A stretch of 64,000 nt of DNA from the human T2T-CHM13v2.0 reference genome, Homo sapiens. Position 1 is the stretch's first letter, and every line of letters starts with the position of its first letter. Positions 41,691 through 54,859 of this stretch are shown here, in pieces. The position numbers and the translations under genes were made by a program. The notes beneath the pieces are model-generated. The model ran no database searches, was not told the origin of the DNA, and was given only the letters and a program-made list of their open reading frames with translations. The stretch lies in the NCBI RefSeq assembly GCF_009914755.1, contig NC_060936.1. One strand, given 5' to 3'.

Positions 41691-44600
41691 CACTTTTTGA
41701 CAAACATTTTACAATGGCGAATCAATTTATTTTTGTGTATTGCTGTTTTCCCTTAACCTTGTCTCATAAGCACATTTAATTTTTACTCTGTTTCTTAAAA
41801 TTTTCATCCCCAGTATAGGCTTCTTAGCATTTTTTGAATTTTGATGATTATAAATAATACCATATTAAATATTTTTTCGTCTTGTTTTTCTGCTTTTCTG
41901 ATAATAGCAATAGTATTGAAGAGATTTCTGGAAGTATAATTACTGGGTCAAACAGTATCATCTTATAAAGTTCCTGACTTAGCAAATATCCCATCTTCTT
42001 GTTAACATTTTTTTAAATTATTGTTCATTTGATAGGCAAAACTGCTATCATTTAAAGTGAAAATATTTAAATTTACTTTAATTACATCAAGACGTGTACT
42101 TTAAAATTTATATGCTAGTGGAAGCAGAAATGGAAGTTGATTAAGTTAGAAGGTTCACAGTATGTGACATTTTAATAATTGAAAGAGAGATTGCTTTAGT
42201 CCCTCTGATTAACATGATATTGACATCTTTACTGATAGAGTTTAAGTAGTAGAATTCACCAGATTGAGCTACTATAAATACAGAGCATCAGGTTTTAAAA
42301 ATGATTTGCTTTCGTATTTATTTCTATTGGAAGTCAAAAGAACTCATTACTTGGCATTCTGAGATTGGTATAAGATTGCTTCCTGTAAAGAAGATATTTT
42401 AAATTCTATGAAAATTACATGGAAAACAGTAGTTAAAAAGAGGATGTTTCTTCAGGTAGAGATATTTTAACTATATAGAAAGCTAATAGAAAGCATACAA
42501 GTTATGATGTAATTCTTCTCATGCTTTTATCAGTAAACATGTAAGCACTATATTACTTTGTTAAAAGTTTCCATTTTAAAACAACATATCCATCAAGATG
42601 AAAAAATTAAATATTGAACATGCCATTTGTATTCGCAGTTCTCTGAGCCAGAATCTGTGTTAACATAGAGCTGGTTCAAATTTGACCTGTTCAAGGGAAA
42701 AGCAGCAGGGGAAGAAGGGAAGGGCTGCTAAAGAAATTAATAATTTGAACACGTTTGTGGGTGGATGTTTGGCTTGCTTAGGGAATAGAATGGTTTTTGA
42801 GAGCTTTTCAAAGCACTTTAGCAGCATACATTTTTATGTAACCTCCTAACTTTGTGAGTCATCTATTTCATAAAACAAGATCTCAGAGGTGGCATTTGAT
42901 GCCAGCACAGTTTTAAACTCCTCATGGGTTTTGTCACTCTAATTATGGGCTGCTTCACCCCACATCCATTCAGAGATAATAAAATATAGCAGTGTCCCAC
43001 ATAAACTGTAATTTTTTTCTTATAGCCATTAGTGTTATTTCAAATACTTAAAAGTAACAACTATTGCCTTAAAGCATTCTATGGTTTAGATTGTCACCAA
43101 TTCACAATTATTTTTTCCCTCTGTATTCCTAAAAGAATTTTATTGTGCAGATCCAGGGTTCTGAGATTTCATTATAAATTACTTGATGATGTAATATGTT
43201 ATGACAAACAGTAGAATTTGATTCCTCTCTTAGGTTAACAGTGAAACTAGATATTTGAATATATTATAAATCTTTTTGTATTAGAAAGGTAAGGTAGAAA
43301 TAATCGGAAAACAAAGGTTACCACCAAGATTTCTCTCTCTCCTGCTCTCTCTTTAACAAAACAGATTTTGAAACCTTTTTTCAGAAACTCCTTTTATCTA
43401 TAAGAGCAAGAATTTCTTTTTGAAACCCACATTGCCAGCAGCCATTCCACTCTAACTTATCAACTTAAAAAGGATTCACATATTCCAATGGCTGCCTGCA
43501 GTATGTGTAGGATGTTTTTATATTTAACATCTATAACATTTCACATTATAGATCTTAAGACTCATTTGTGTAGGTTCATATTTAGAAATAGTAATATGTG
43601 GAAACAAACAAACAAGTAAACAAAAACCAAAGAACCTTTTGATCCACCTAGATTTTTCTACATTCTTCTTTATGACAGTCCGCAAATCACTGATTTGTTC
43701 TCCTGGGGACCCCTTGACTAGAAGTTGGCCATTTTAGCACTTCCTAAACTACTATAGGTCTTAAGATATAATAAAAAGGAATCCTGCAATTTTAGTGCTT
43801 TATTAGATTACTTACATTCATAGAATTTATCTTTCTAGTAGAAGTGAGAACTTCATGTCCACATGAATGTTAGAAAATTCTTTTGATTTGGAAACCTACT
43901 CCAGGCAGTTAATTTAGTAAGAAAGTTAAGGGATCTGAATTCCTATGCACACAAAATACTGATGAATTTTAGAAGGTATTCGTGTAATTGCATCCAGAGC
44001 TCCAAAGTGCAGAAATAAAACTATGAGTCAGTAATTTCCAGGCAACAGAGAACAGGGCATGAAAGAAAATTTTAACTGCAATTGCCTTTCTTCCTAGCAC
44101 AGTGCTCACTGTTATTAAAGCCATAGGTCTCTGGCTCTTTCTCTCTGATGGACAAACGTTTTTCTCTGACCAGATCCATTGTTGCTATTGGAAGTGTGGC
44201 CTGTTCACCCTGTGCTGTGTCCTGCAAGCCATGGTGGGGTGCAAGGGAGTTGTATGGAATTGTCTGAGTGGCTTTTACTTTAGTGCCTGACAATTTCTCA
44301 TTCTTCAGATATGGTTAACGATGCCTGTTCACATATTTACAGCTTCACGTAAATGATTCAGTCACTGCGTTGCCATCTTGGGAAAGAGCCAAGGAAGCTT
44401 TCTTTTCATCTGGGTATCCTTTGAGTATAACTAAGCATGTCACATAATTATAATCCTGCTCCTTTCTAAATCTCATATACAGTTTTGAGTGTGATATTTT
44501 ATTAGCCTTATAACAGCACTATGAGTTAGGCAATGGGCAGACATTATCCTCCTCATTGTAGACATAACAAAGTATGCAACATTAGTAGTTGCACAGCTAG

Positions 44601-45492
44601 AACTCACATTATTGCCCAGTCTTTTGTCTGCCCTGAGGGAAAGAAATTATGGTCAATCTCTTCTGGGGAGATAAAAATAACTTCATATGAAAATCTCGAG
44701 AAAATCCTAAGGACCCCATAGGAAATACTGAGAGTGCAAAGTTGGGATTTAACCCAGATCTCTCTAGGGAACAGGCTTCAATTTATTTCTATTGCTATGG
44801 AAATTCCAGATGGAGAAGTGAAAAATAGACCATCTTTTATCTAGGATAGGAGGCATCTAGGAGTGTAATATTTCGATTGGCCAGGAATGTATTATTTTCC
44901 AGGGTGATGGACATCCTTTGTCCTGCCCTAGTTATTTAAGGATTGCTCAGCACTCTAATGCTTCCCTTCCCACATGGCTGTCACTGCTGCCTCAATTATT
45001 CACCTTTCCCCTTCAGAATGATCTTTTAGGAAAGGGAATTCTCTAAGAGGACTCTCAATTCATAATTGGATGAGTTGTACCAAAACTCCCTCTTTCACTC
45101 TGCTTGGCAGAATTGGGGAAGGTATCACGTGGTGATAGCATTTGCTTTCAAATTTGAAGGATGAGTATAGGTATTAACTAGTTCATTTCTTAGTATTTTT
45201 GCATCTTTCCCTTCCTTCTGCCAATCCAATGCACTTTTACATTCTTATAACTACAGAAAAAAATATTCTTTTTCTATAACTTTAGAAAAAGAGCTCCAGT
45301 GCACCCACTGTTCCAGAAGGAAGACCTTCACTTAATGTGTAATAATCCTTAGCAATAAGAAGAAAGGTGTTAATTTGGAATACTGCAACCAAAAAAATCT
45401 GCTGTAGCTCATATGCACCTAATGTCTATCTGGATCTTATTGCTTCTTTCCCCATGTTTTCTTTCATTGATCACATTTTCTTATCACATGTT

Positions 45493-45580
45493 TACATATA
45501 TATATGCATATACATACATACATATATATATACACACACACACGTGTGTGTGTGTGTGTGTGTGTGTGTATGCACATGCA
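45493..45580. repeat. Alternating purine-pyrimidine tract (TA/CA)n-CG-(TG)n
   Basis: 88 bp of uninterrupted RY alternation. Confidence 0.9.
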
Positions 45581-46124
45581 GTAGTCCCTATTATCCGTAG
45601 TTTCACTTCATGCAGTTTCAGTTACCTGTGGTCGACCATAGTCCAAAGTTATTAAATGGAAGATTTCAGAAATAAATAATTCACCTTTTAAATTGCACAC
45701 CATTCTGAATAGGTGATGAATTCTTGTACTGTCCTGCTTAGTCTTGCCAGGATGTGAATCAGCCCTTTGTCCAGTGTATCCATGTTTTCTACGCTACTGC
45801 CCGTTAGTCACTTAGTAGCCGTCTTGGTTATCAGATCGGCTGTCTAGGTGTTACAGTGCTTGTGTGCAACCAACCTTTATTTTACTTAACAATGGCCCTA
45901 AAGCACAATAGTAGTGATGCTGGCATATTGTTCTAAGTGTTCTATTTTGTTATTAGTTGTTGCTGTTCATCTCTTACTGTGCCTAATTTATAAATTAAAC
46001 TTTATCATAGCTATGTATGTATAGGAAAAACCTTATTATATGTAGGGTTCAGTACTACCATGGTTTCTCAGGCACCCACTGAGAGTCTTGGAACATATTC
46101 CATGTAGATAAAGGGGAACTACTT
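45579..46124 (+). mobile_element. MER44 (TcMar-Tigger) element
   Basis: TIRs cagtagtccctattatcc ... gataaaggggaactact, flanked by (TG)n on both sides. Confidence 0.88.
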
Positions 46125-46659
46125 TGTGTGTGTGTGTGTGTGTTTCTGTATGTGTGTGTCTATTAAAAACACATGATTCCAATTATGAATCCTTTTTTCT
46201 TCTCCCCTTTTCTTTAGGAATATTGTATGTCTTCCTTTATGAGTCTTTCTTTAGAGATTTTTCTCAATATCCAAATTACCACATCTGATTTTTTAAGATA
46301 CCACATCTTGTTAGTGAGGAACAGAAAGCATGCACTTATTTTATCCTATCAATTACCAATTGCAATTTCATATCTTGCTTTTCAGACTGATCCTCAGTTA
46401 GACTTGTGAATGATGAAGTAGTTTTCTGAGAGCATCTCAAAAATAACTTGGGACAAACACACATGCTATTTCCAGCAGGTCCACACCTTGGATGGGGATA
46501 AAAACTTCTCTTCCAAGCACTACTGGCAAGGCAGAGTTTAACTACCTTCTGTAAAGTTCACCTGATGAACACTTGAATCGTTGCATTTGATGTCATTTCA
46601 TTAACTTAATGGAGTAGACATCATTCACTATCTTCCCTATCAGTATTCTAAAAATACTA

Positions 46660-47880
46660 AATTTCTTTTTCTTGTAGTTCACAAAGTGCTAGGATCTCCA
46701 CGTGTCTGTGATCATAGTTTATATCCTTGTATCGTTAATGTGTAGCACAGTGCATGAGGAATACCAAACACCTAACAAATATTGATCGAAGGAAGAAAAT
46801 GAATGTTTGTGTTAACGCATAAATAAAAGAGTAAATAAACAAGGCAATTGAATAATTCCTCTGGTGTTTTCTTCTCTACTGTTCAAATCTCCATCCTCTC
46901 TCTCCACTGGCTACTTCCACTCAAATCTTTCTCATACTAAATCAACCTGCCTTTGTGCATTAAGCCACTGACATATACATCTCCTTCCAATCGCCACAAA
47001 TTTTAAAAAGTATAGTCTAACCTTACTGTCTCTACTTACTTCCTGTTTATTTCTTAATCACTCTAGCTGTTGCTTTCCCCACTCCATTGAAATGACAATC
47101 ATGAGAAAACTCAAAACATCTTAATTACTAAGTTCCATGATCACTGTTGCATCTGCTTTCAAACAAAATTTACACTTCATTTAACCTTGTTTAATACTAG
47201 GTCATTATTAAAACTGTATTCTAGTGGCTTCTTAGATACTACTTTCCCCTGGTTCTCATAATATCTCTGATTTTCTTTTCTTTTTTTTTCCTCAGTGGAG
47301 TTTTTTCTTTGATATTTCTGCAACACTGATATTTAGCCGTAGAACTATTTTTCCTGTTTTATACTCTCTCCACGAATCATCTCACCAATTTCTAAGATTT
47401 CTGTAATTACCTAGCTACACATAGTGAGCATATCAATATATCCACCCAGGCTCATCTGTCTTCTGATTTCAGACATATATTTATTGACATATTACTTGAT
47501 AACTCCATTTATGATGCCACAGGTTGCTAAAACTCAGTAACTAAACAAATTATTTGTCACCTCTCTACTTCTACAAATCCCAAAATGCCACCTCTCCTGA
47601 AAATACTGCTTTTACTATATTGCGCTCTTTGCATTGGCATCACTATTGATCTAGAATAGAAACTTTCTGTTTCCATCTAGAATATAAACTTTCTATAGAA
47701 ACTTTCAAAGAGTCAGCTTTGATTTTTCTCTTTTCTTCAACCCTCACACTTAATTTTCATCCTCTTAAACTGTGGCTTCTTGTTATCCAATTCATCACAC
47801 CAGCTTTAGCACTCTTTCTAGAACAAAGATCCAATTACATCTTTTGTTTTTAAAACACATTTGGTAACTTGGCTTTAACA
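46660..47880 (+). mobile_element. Decayed L2 fragments
   Basis: L2 tail (gcacagtgc...aaatattg...gaatg) and pyrimidine-rich internal remnants. Confidence 0.55.
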
Positions 47881-47888
47881 TGTCCCAT

Positions 47889-47932
47889 TGTACTAGTCAG
47901 GGTTCTCCGAAGAAATAGAACCAATAGGATTT

Positions 47933-47967
<35 letters not shown>

Positions 47968-48338
47968 CATACACACATATCTATAGAGAGGGAGAAATAT
48001 TTGTTTTAAGGAATTAGCTCATGCAGTTGTGAAGGCTAGCAAGTATAAAATTTGCAGGACAGGCCAGCAGGCTGAAGACCCAGGAAAAGTTGTAGTTTGA
48101 GTCTGAAGGCAGAACTCCCTCTTCCTACTGGGAGGTCAGACTTTCTTTTCTATTAAGTTCTTCAACTGATGGGATGAGGACCATTCACATTATGGAGGAT
48201 AATCTGATTTACTCTAAATCTACTGACTTAAATGTTAATTTCATCTAAAAAATGCCTTCACAGAAACACCTAGAATGCTTGACCAAATATCTGGGTACCC
48301 TGGTCAAGCTAAATTGATGCATAGAATTAACCATCACA
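47889..48338 (-). mobile_element. MLT2 (ERVL) solo LTR with an internal (CA)n(TA)n
   Basis: tgtactagtcagggttctcc ... aattaaccatcaca, with TSD cccat/cctat. Confidence 0.9.
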
Positions 48339-48360
48339 CCTATTCATAATGTTGAGGACT

Positions 48361-48391
<31 letters not shown>

Positions 48392-51300
48392 AGTGTTGAT
48401 TAGACTGAGCAGACCATTTATACTTGTGCACTCATTATTCACTTCATTTTGAAGCCCTTATTGCTATACCTTACATATTTTAAGAAATCAATATCTATTT
48501 GCTGATTAACTGACTGAATAGAAAGAATGAATGAAACAAAGAAACGCATGAAAGGAAGGAAGGGTTTAGGTACGTTGGTCACACAGCATGAAGTGTCTTT
48601 CCTTCTTATTCCTTTTTCAGCTTCATGAACCTATTCTTCAAGATCAAAATCATAGATCAGTTTCTGCATGTCAAATTCTTTGAGCTTACTCCTTTCTCAT
48701 GTTTTCTTTTGTACAAAATGTCTACCACATATTGCATATATTGAATTCTTTGTTAGATGCCTCTACAGGACGATTTGAATGATACCATCACCTGCTTTTA
48801 TCCTTTCACTATTCTGGGACCTCATTCTTTTAGTTTTATCTCTTTTATTTCTTCCCCCACTTCTCACTCTTTTTCTTATTCTCTTCGCTGCCATTTCCCA
48901 GCACCATGTGTCATATTTAATAGCAATCACCTCTGTAATCCAAAGGGAACCAGCTAGACATATGATGTCCCTCTATAAGGGTGGCTTTAATTCCAGAGAG
49001 AAAGTGTAGAGCTGAGATTTTCTATTCTTAATGATTAAGATTAAAGGTACTTTTGATATGATTAGGATGATCTATTTTTACCACTGAAGTACATTTTAGG
49101 TTGGGCTTTTCATTGAACAGAGGTTTTAATATTTGGTGATTGTTACCAACCTTCGAATAATTAGATGAAAGCCAAAGACATTCTCCTGGGAAACATACAG
49201 ACAAGTTCTACGTTAAATTTCAGGGGGTTCAAAAGAGTCCTCAGTGTTCATGCACCCCATGGTGTGTTATTCTTAATCCCCAGGGTCTACAGGTATATAT
49301 AAACTTACTCAGACCTTTCTTGTAAGAATGAGTGATGGTATGAAAATGTGTATTGTCCTTGTTCTTCAGGAACTTTGTGCAGATATTTAAAGTTTTGTGC
49401 AACAGCTCTGGAAGCCCGTGTCCTTAAGGCTTAGTTTTTTCTGGGAGACGACGTATGCTTTCATCCTGTAGGCATCAATTAATTATAAGAATATATTCTC
49501 TCTATTACAAATTGCTAGCACCTTATTTTTTCTCAGGAAGCAGGAGGAAATGCAGGTTAGCAGGACATCTTCTTTTAAAAATAGAAGTTGCTAACATAAT
49601 TGACTTCTGGAAAGAATGAGATTTTCCCTTTCTCTCTAGTAATATTCTTTCTGTAAAATGCAGTCCTCTTGGTCCTATCTATACACTCTGGATTAGGTAC
49701 ATACTAGGCTACCAGGACACTCAGCTGTTGTAAAGAGCACTAAATACTAACTCATTTAGGTTATGATTGCAAACAGTTAGGAGTCTTTGCTGTGAGCAGA
49801 TAGTGTGTGGATGCTGGTGGACCAAAATGTTTGATTTGGGGTACATAAAATGGGAAAAAAATACCTGTTTAATATATATTTTTTGATATGCATAGCTCTC
49901 ATCATGGGCAATATTACATGTTCAGATATTTGGATCAGCACTCCTGTATACCAGCAATCAGGTGGAACTAAGAAACAGCTGTTCCCCTTGTACCTGGCAT
50001 GTAAACTGTAATTTGCTTCAGACTCCACCATTCTCTATTTCCCTCAATCCATCATAAACGTCAGCTGCCATTGATTATCACAGATACCTCTTCTTTTTCT
50101 TTAGTATAATAGAGCAATAATTTCCAATACCAATGTATATGTCAAAAATGGCACCATAAAATACAGAAAAACCCTATATATCATTATATATTTCTTGGGA
50201 GCAACTGAAAATTGTCTCTTATTTAATATGCAAGCAGAATGCATCTTCATCAGGTTTATTATCATTTATTTTACATACAATTTGCTTCACTCACTAATGT
50301 TATCTCTCTTTGTCCATATTGACATGTGATTTGCCACTTTTTTCCTAAGATCCTCTTTGCTTTTTCACCTTCAGCATCCTGAAAGTGCTGCTAAGTTGAT
50401 TTTTAGTATTTGTTATAGTCATATTCTATTTCAATGCTTAAAAAATCGATGATTTTACACTTTTCTGTCAAATATTAACAATTAAAACAAACTGATGTAG
50501 TGATGTTATTTGTATTGTTATTTACAAGTATTTACATAATAAGCTCAGTTAAGAGAACCCAGAGGGATTATTGGCTTCAACCTATTGCCTTCATACAGAT
50601 TTAGCAAACAGTAATAATCACAACAGCAACAGCAAAAACACAACAGCATTTCTCTGGATTATTTTACAGATTAATTAAAATACCCTTACGTGCATTTTAT
50701 GTAATTACATGAAGTCCAGAAATACTGATGTAGTATATTTCCTCTGTCTTAAAATAATTTGAAATAAAGAGCATCTAGCAAAGGAGAACTCCGCAGGATC
50801 ACTACTGGGAGGCTGGACATTATAGAAGTGGGCGATATCTGCTGGGCTGCCCAAAGAGCATCGGCAGCTGCTTCCACTTGTAACAGCATTTTGTTCCTGA
50901 CAGAATGTGAGAGTAAAATTCAGTGCCATGAAGTTCTAATGTTGAGGTGGCCATGTGACCACACTGCTTTCTTTTGTACTGTCAGACCCGAAAATCCTGC
51001 TTGTGGGGAATGTGTGAGATGTCATCTTATGTGGACACTAGCCATCTGTGCTTCATTTTCAATTTTCTCAGCATGAGAACTACGAATTTACAACTCCATT
51101 TAGTATGTTTTTATTGTGTAAATGTGGGAGTGTAGGTTTTGAAAGCCCCTATGTTTTACAGTATTGAAAATTCCAAACTAAAGGATCTAAAAGGTTTCTG
51201 TGTTCAGAAATCAATTTGAGTGGTTGTCTTTGTTAGTAGGCACTTCCTACAAGGAACAAATATGAGAATTTCATTTATTTATGTAAACACAGATAGATAC

Positions 51301-52023
51301 ATAGTTAGATAAACAAGTAGATAGATAGAGGTTAAGCCCTTGCCATGCATATAACACCTGTTTGACCCTATAAATGAAAGAAGTATAAGGAGGAAATTTG
51401 CTGAAAACAAAAGATACATAGTTCTGTATATTTTCTACGCTGAAGCATTTCCATGTGTTTATAGAAGTGAGAAATCGCATAAGTCTGGATGATTATGAGA
51501 AGAAAAAAGAGGAGGAAGCAGTGAGAGAGAATTCCCAGCGGAGGGAGGCATATTGATTATGAAATAAGTTTTTACACTGGGTGCTTAATTAGAATATTCT
51601 ATTACACAGAGAGACAGGCAAAGATGACAATATCTTAGTACTTCAAAAAATAAATTAACTTTTCAATGGTGAAATAATAGTTTTCTAAGAAAGTAATTCA
51701 ATGACACGTTTTTTGGTTCTTTTTTTGCAGATATTATGTTTTTCACTGAAGCAATGCTTATTGCTAATAGTTATTTGATTTCCACATACTTGTGCCTTTT
51801 GTGCACTTTCCAGAGACTAAAGTCATTCTTCAACAATTCTGCTGTACAATGGTCAGCTACATAAACCTCTGTTAGACATGATCTGTCCAGCAGATTTAGG
51901 GGTTATATTTCAATGTAGGATTTGAATTGTAATTATCTGTCACAGTAGAAAAATAATAGTTCTAATCAACCTGTCTTTATTACCACTTTCATCATAATTT
52001 TAACTTCTCTGTTTTTATATAAG

Positions 52024-52105
52024 GTTACCATTGCCACCTGGGGCTTTTTCAGGACTCTGGAAGAATCAGGAAGCATTCAAGCATTTATACTTTGAAAAAT
52101 TTCCT
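52024..52105 (+). CDS. ACSS3: ACSS3 internal coding exon, 82 nt: (K)LPLPPGAFSGLWKNQEAFKHLYFEKFP
   Basis: Acceptor gtttttatataag| and donor CCT|gtaaga. Phase 2 to 0. Encodes the typical ACS PLPPG...LW...YF..FP segment. Confidence 0.96.
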
Positions 52106-53249
52106 GTAAGAACTTTAATATGCTTTTTTATCTTCTTATGTACTTTTCTATTATTCTTGCCTATTAAATTGAGAAACTTGCTCCTAGAATCGTAGATCAA
52201 AAAGAAACTTTTAAAGGTTATCTGGACCAGTTTCCAGCTCCCAGGGATAAGAATGCCCAACTCATAATTATCTAAATACGTCAATTTTATAGTTATTGTC
52301 AGTCTCTAGACATAGAAATTTATTGGTTTTTCTTAGCAGCTTTTCCTAGAATTTAATAGTCTTCAGTATCAGGACATTATTTGTTACATAAAAATGTTTT
52401 TTGGACTTTCTGTATGTTTCCTCTACTGGATTCCTCTGTATCAACAGACAGAGAGCAGCAAATCAGAATTATATAATGCCATTAGGACCCTTTAACCTCT
52501 TACTGGTTATATGAGCAAAATCCATTCAGCTTGCCCAGAAGTTGTATTTTTCCACTTCTTTATTTTTGACACCATTTTTTGAATGTTCTCTGAGCTCTTT
52601 ATTTTTAAATCTCATTTTAAAAATACAGATACAGGACAGAAACAGTGTACTCAAAGCCCAACACCCAGCGTCCTGGATAACAAAAAGTGCCTTCCTGTTT
52701 CACATTCTGTCATTGTGTGAAACTTGTTACTCCATGCCATGGTGATGTGTGTTATGTTTATAACAGCACTTCATTAATAAAGCACATCAGGTTCTGCTCA
52801 CATTATCTTTCTGTTGTCCCTCTACTACCACCCCCCACCCCCACCGCCTAACCCCAACAGGGACACCTGGTCCTCATTTTTCACTAAGTAAAATTCTGAA
52901 TGAACAGAATTTCACTAAAAAAGTTTGCTGAAGTACTTAGCATTTTATCTTTATTATTTGTTAGTGAAGGACAGATAACCTAATCAACGAAATGAAAATA
53001 ATTAAAATAGCTTTCTTTAGAAAGAAATTGCAGCATTGAATGTCCTCAATAGCCAAGATTAAACATCCCCTGATAGAGTGTGGCAGGGAAGATTTGTCAG
53101 TATAGTTGACTCCAGTAAGCCCAATCTATCTGCATGATGGGCCACAGTTAAATCATCAGAGTGCAGGTGGTGAGATGATTGATTATAGCCTGACAATGGC
53201 AAATGATATGTGCATGTGGTATTAACATGATCACCTTTAACACTAAAAG

Positions 53250-53700
53250 CTCCCTCAAAGCCCCTGTTTATGTCTACACTATGTGAAGTGACTCTGTACT
53301 CTGTCTTTTTACCTGATCTCAAACCTGTTATTTGAGGAATAATAACAGAATAATAACAGCACAGAAGGGTTGAGTAACTTCCCGTGAGTTCAAATAAGTG
53401 AGAAGTGATGGAACTGAGATGAACCAAAATAGTCAGGCTTGAGAGTTCATACTCTTAACTACTACTCTAGATTGCCTCTCTAATATTAATAAAAGTATTA
53501 ATTGCAGTAAAATTATTGAGAGCTCAGGATGTGCCAGAGTCTGTCCTCTTTCATTTATATACACTGTTTCATGCATGCTTCACAGAAGCTTTAGAAGGCA
53601 GAACTCATTTTCCCATTTAACAGATGAGAATACTGAGTCTCAGAAAGTCTAAGAAACACAATAGTGGCTTTCCAGGATTTGTACTGAAGTCCATGTTCAT
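53250..53700 (-). mobile_element. Two tandem MIR fragments
   Basis: cccatttaacagatgagaatactgagtctcaga and catactcttaactactactcta. Confidence 0.65.
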
Positions 53701-54315
53701 AAACATAGGTATCAAAATAACTCAGAAGCATTAGGAAAAATAATATTTATTTTTTCTACTTTTTATTCTTATTATTCTTATTCTACTGTCATTTCTAGAC
53801 CAGCAAAAATGTTTTACTTTGAGTGACTAAAAATTAAATTTCATACTTACTATTAAATTTCACTGAAGCTTGAGTCCAATCCTAACCCATATTAATAAAC
53901 TACTGCTGTATTGGGAAATTATTCATTGGGAGCTTTAAAGCTTTTAAAAGTTAATACAATTAAAGAAGAAATGTATCAAAGAATTACTTTGCAATATCAA
54001 AGTATATTAGAATTAGTATTGAGCTATGACTTCTCCATTAAAAAAAGAAATTGGATTCATAAACTTTACAACTCTATATTCAAACACTTAAACATTTCTA
54101 AAAACACTTCAACTTATTCTTGGCTGTTAGAGGAGCAAAGAGATTCTAGTACAGTTTCCAGATAAAAAGTAGTGTAATTTCCTAGTCTAGTTACGAAAAA
54201 CGGCAAATGTTCACAGTAAATCCATTTCTATTACATTGTGTGTTTTACCAAGTTTAAAATGATTACATTAGTTAACAGTACATGCTAATCAAATGTTATT
54301 TTTTCTTGTTTTCAG

Positions 54316-54438
54316 GGATATTATGATACCATGGATGCTGGTTACATGGATGAAGAAGGCTATTTGTATGTTATGTCTCGAGTGGATGATGTAATAAATG
54401 TTGCAGGTCACAGAATTTCTGCAGGCGCCATTGAAGAG
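54316..54438 (+). CDS. ACSS3: ACSS3 internal coding exon, 123 nt: GYYDTMDAGYMDEEGYLYVMSRVDDVINVAGHRISAGAIEE
   Basis: Acceptor ttcttgttttcag| and donor GAG|gtattg. Phase 0-0. Encodes the ANL-superfamily A7/A8 motifs (RxDDVINVAGHR). Confidence 0.97.
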
Positions 54439-54859
54439 GTATTGATGAATATTGGTATTCTATTCCAAGTAGTGCTTAGGCACAGAGCTGCACTGAAGAC
54501 AATATTGAGGTTATTTCACTTGGAAAATTACCACACCCTTCATTTGCAGCAGAGGCTAGGTTACTCTTACATCTCTCCCACCTCACTTTCTCTTTTAGAT
54601 ATTCATATTCCCTACACTCCCACATCCCTGGGTGGTAGTGAAGAGTTTTAAACACTTACATATATTTTTTGTTTATGGGAAAGCCTGTGTACATTTGCTT
54701 CTTAATACTTGCTACTTGAATGCCTCTAGCTTCTTGATTTACTCGTGTTTAATCATCAGGTTTGCACATGGTCTTTAAGTGGTATGGGATTAAACATTTT
54801 ATTGTACTCTTAAATCCTGAGAATTTTCTTCCAATGTAAGTCACATAAAGTCTCCAGAA

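Noticed and set aside
47649-47706. Short direct duplication (atctagaataGaaactttct / atctagaataTaaactttct)
   Set aside because: Ordinary slippage within decayed L2.
47927-48390. Two (CA)n tracts both preceded by ttta
   Set aside because: The shared flank is too short to imply duplication, and a CA/TA tract is usual inside MLT2.
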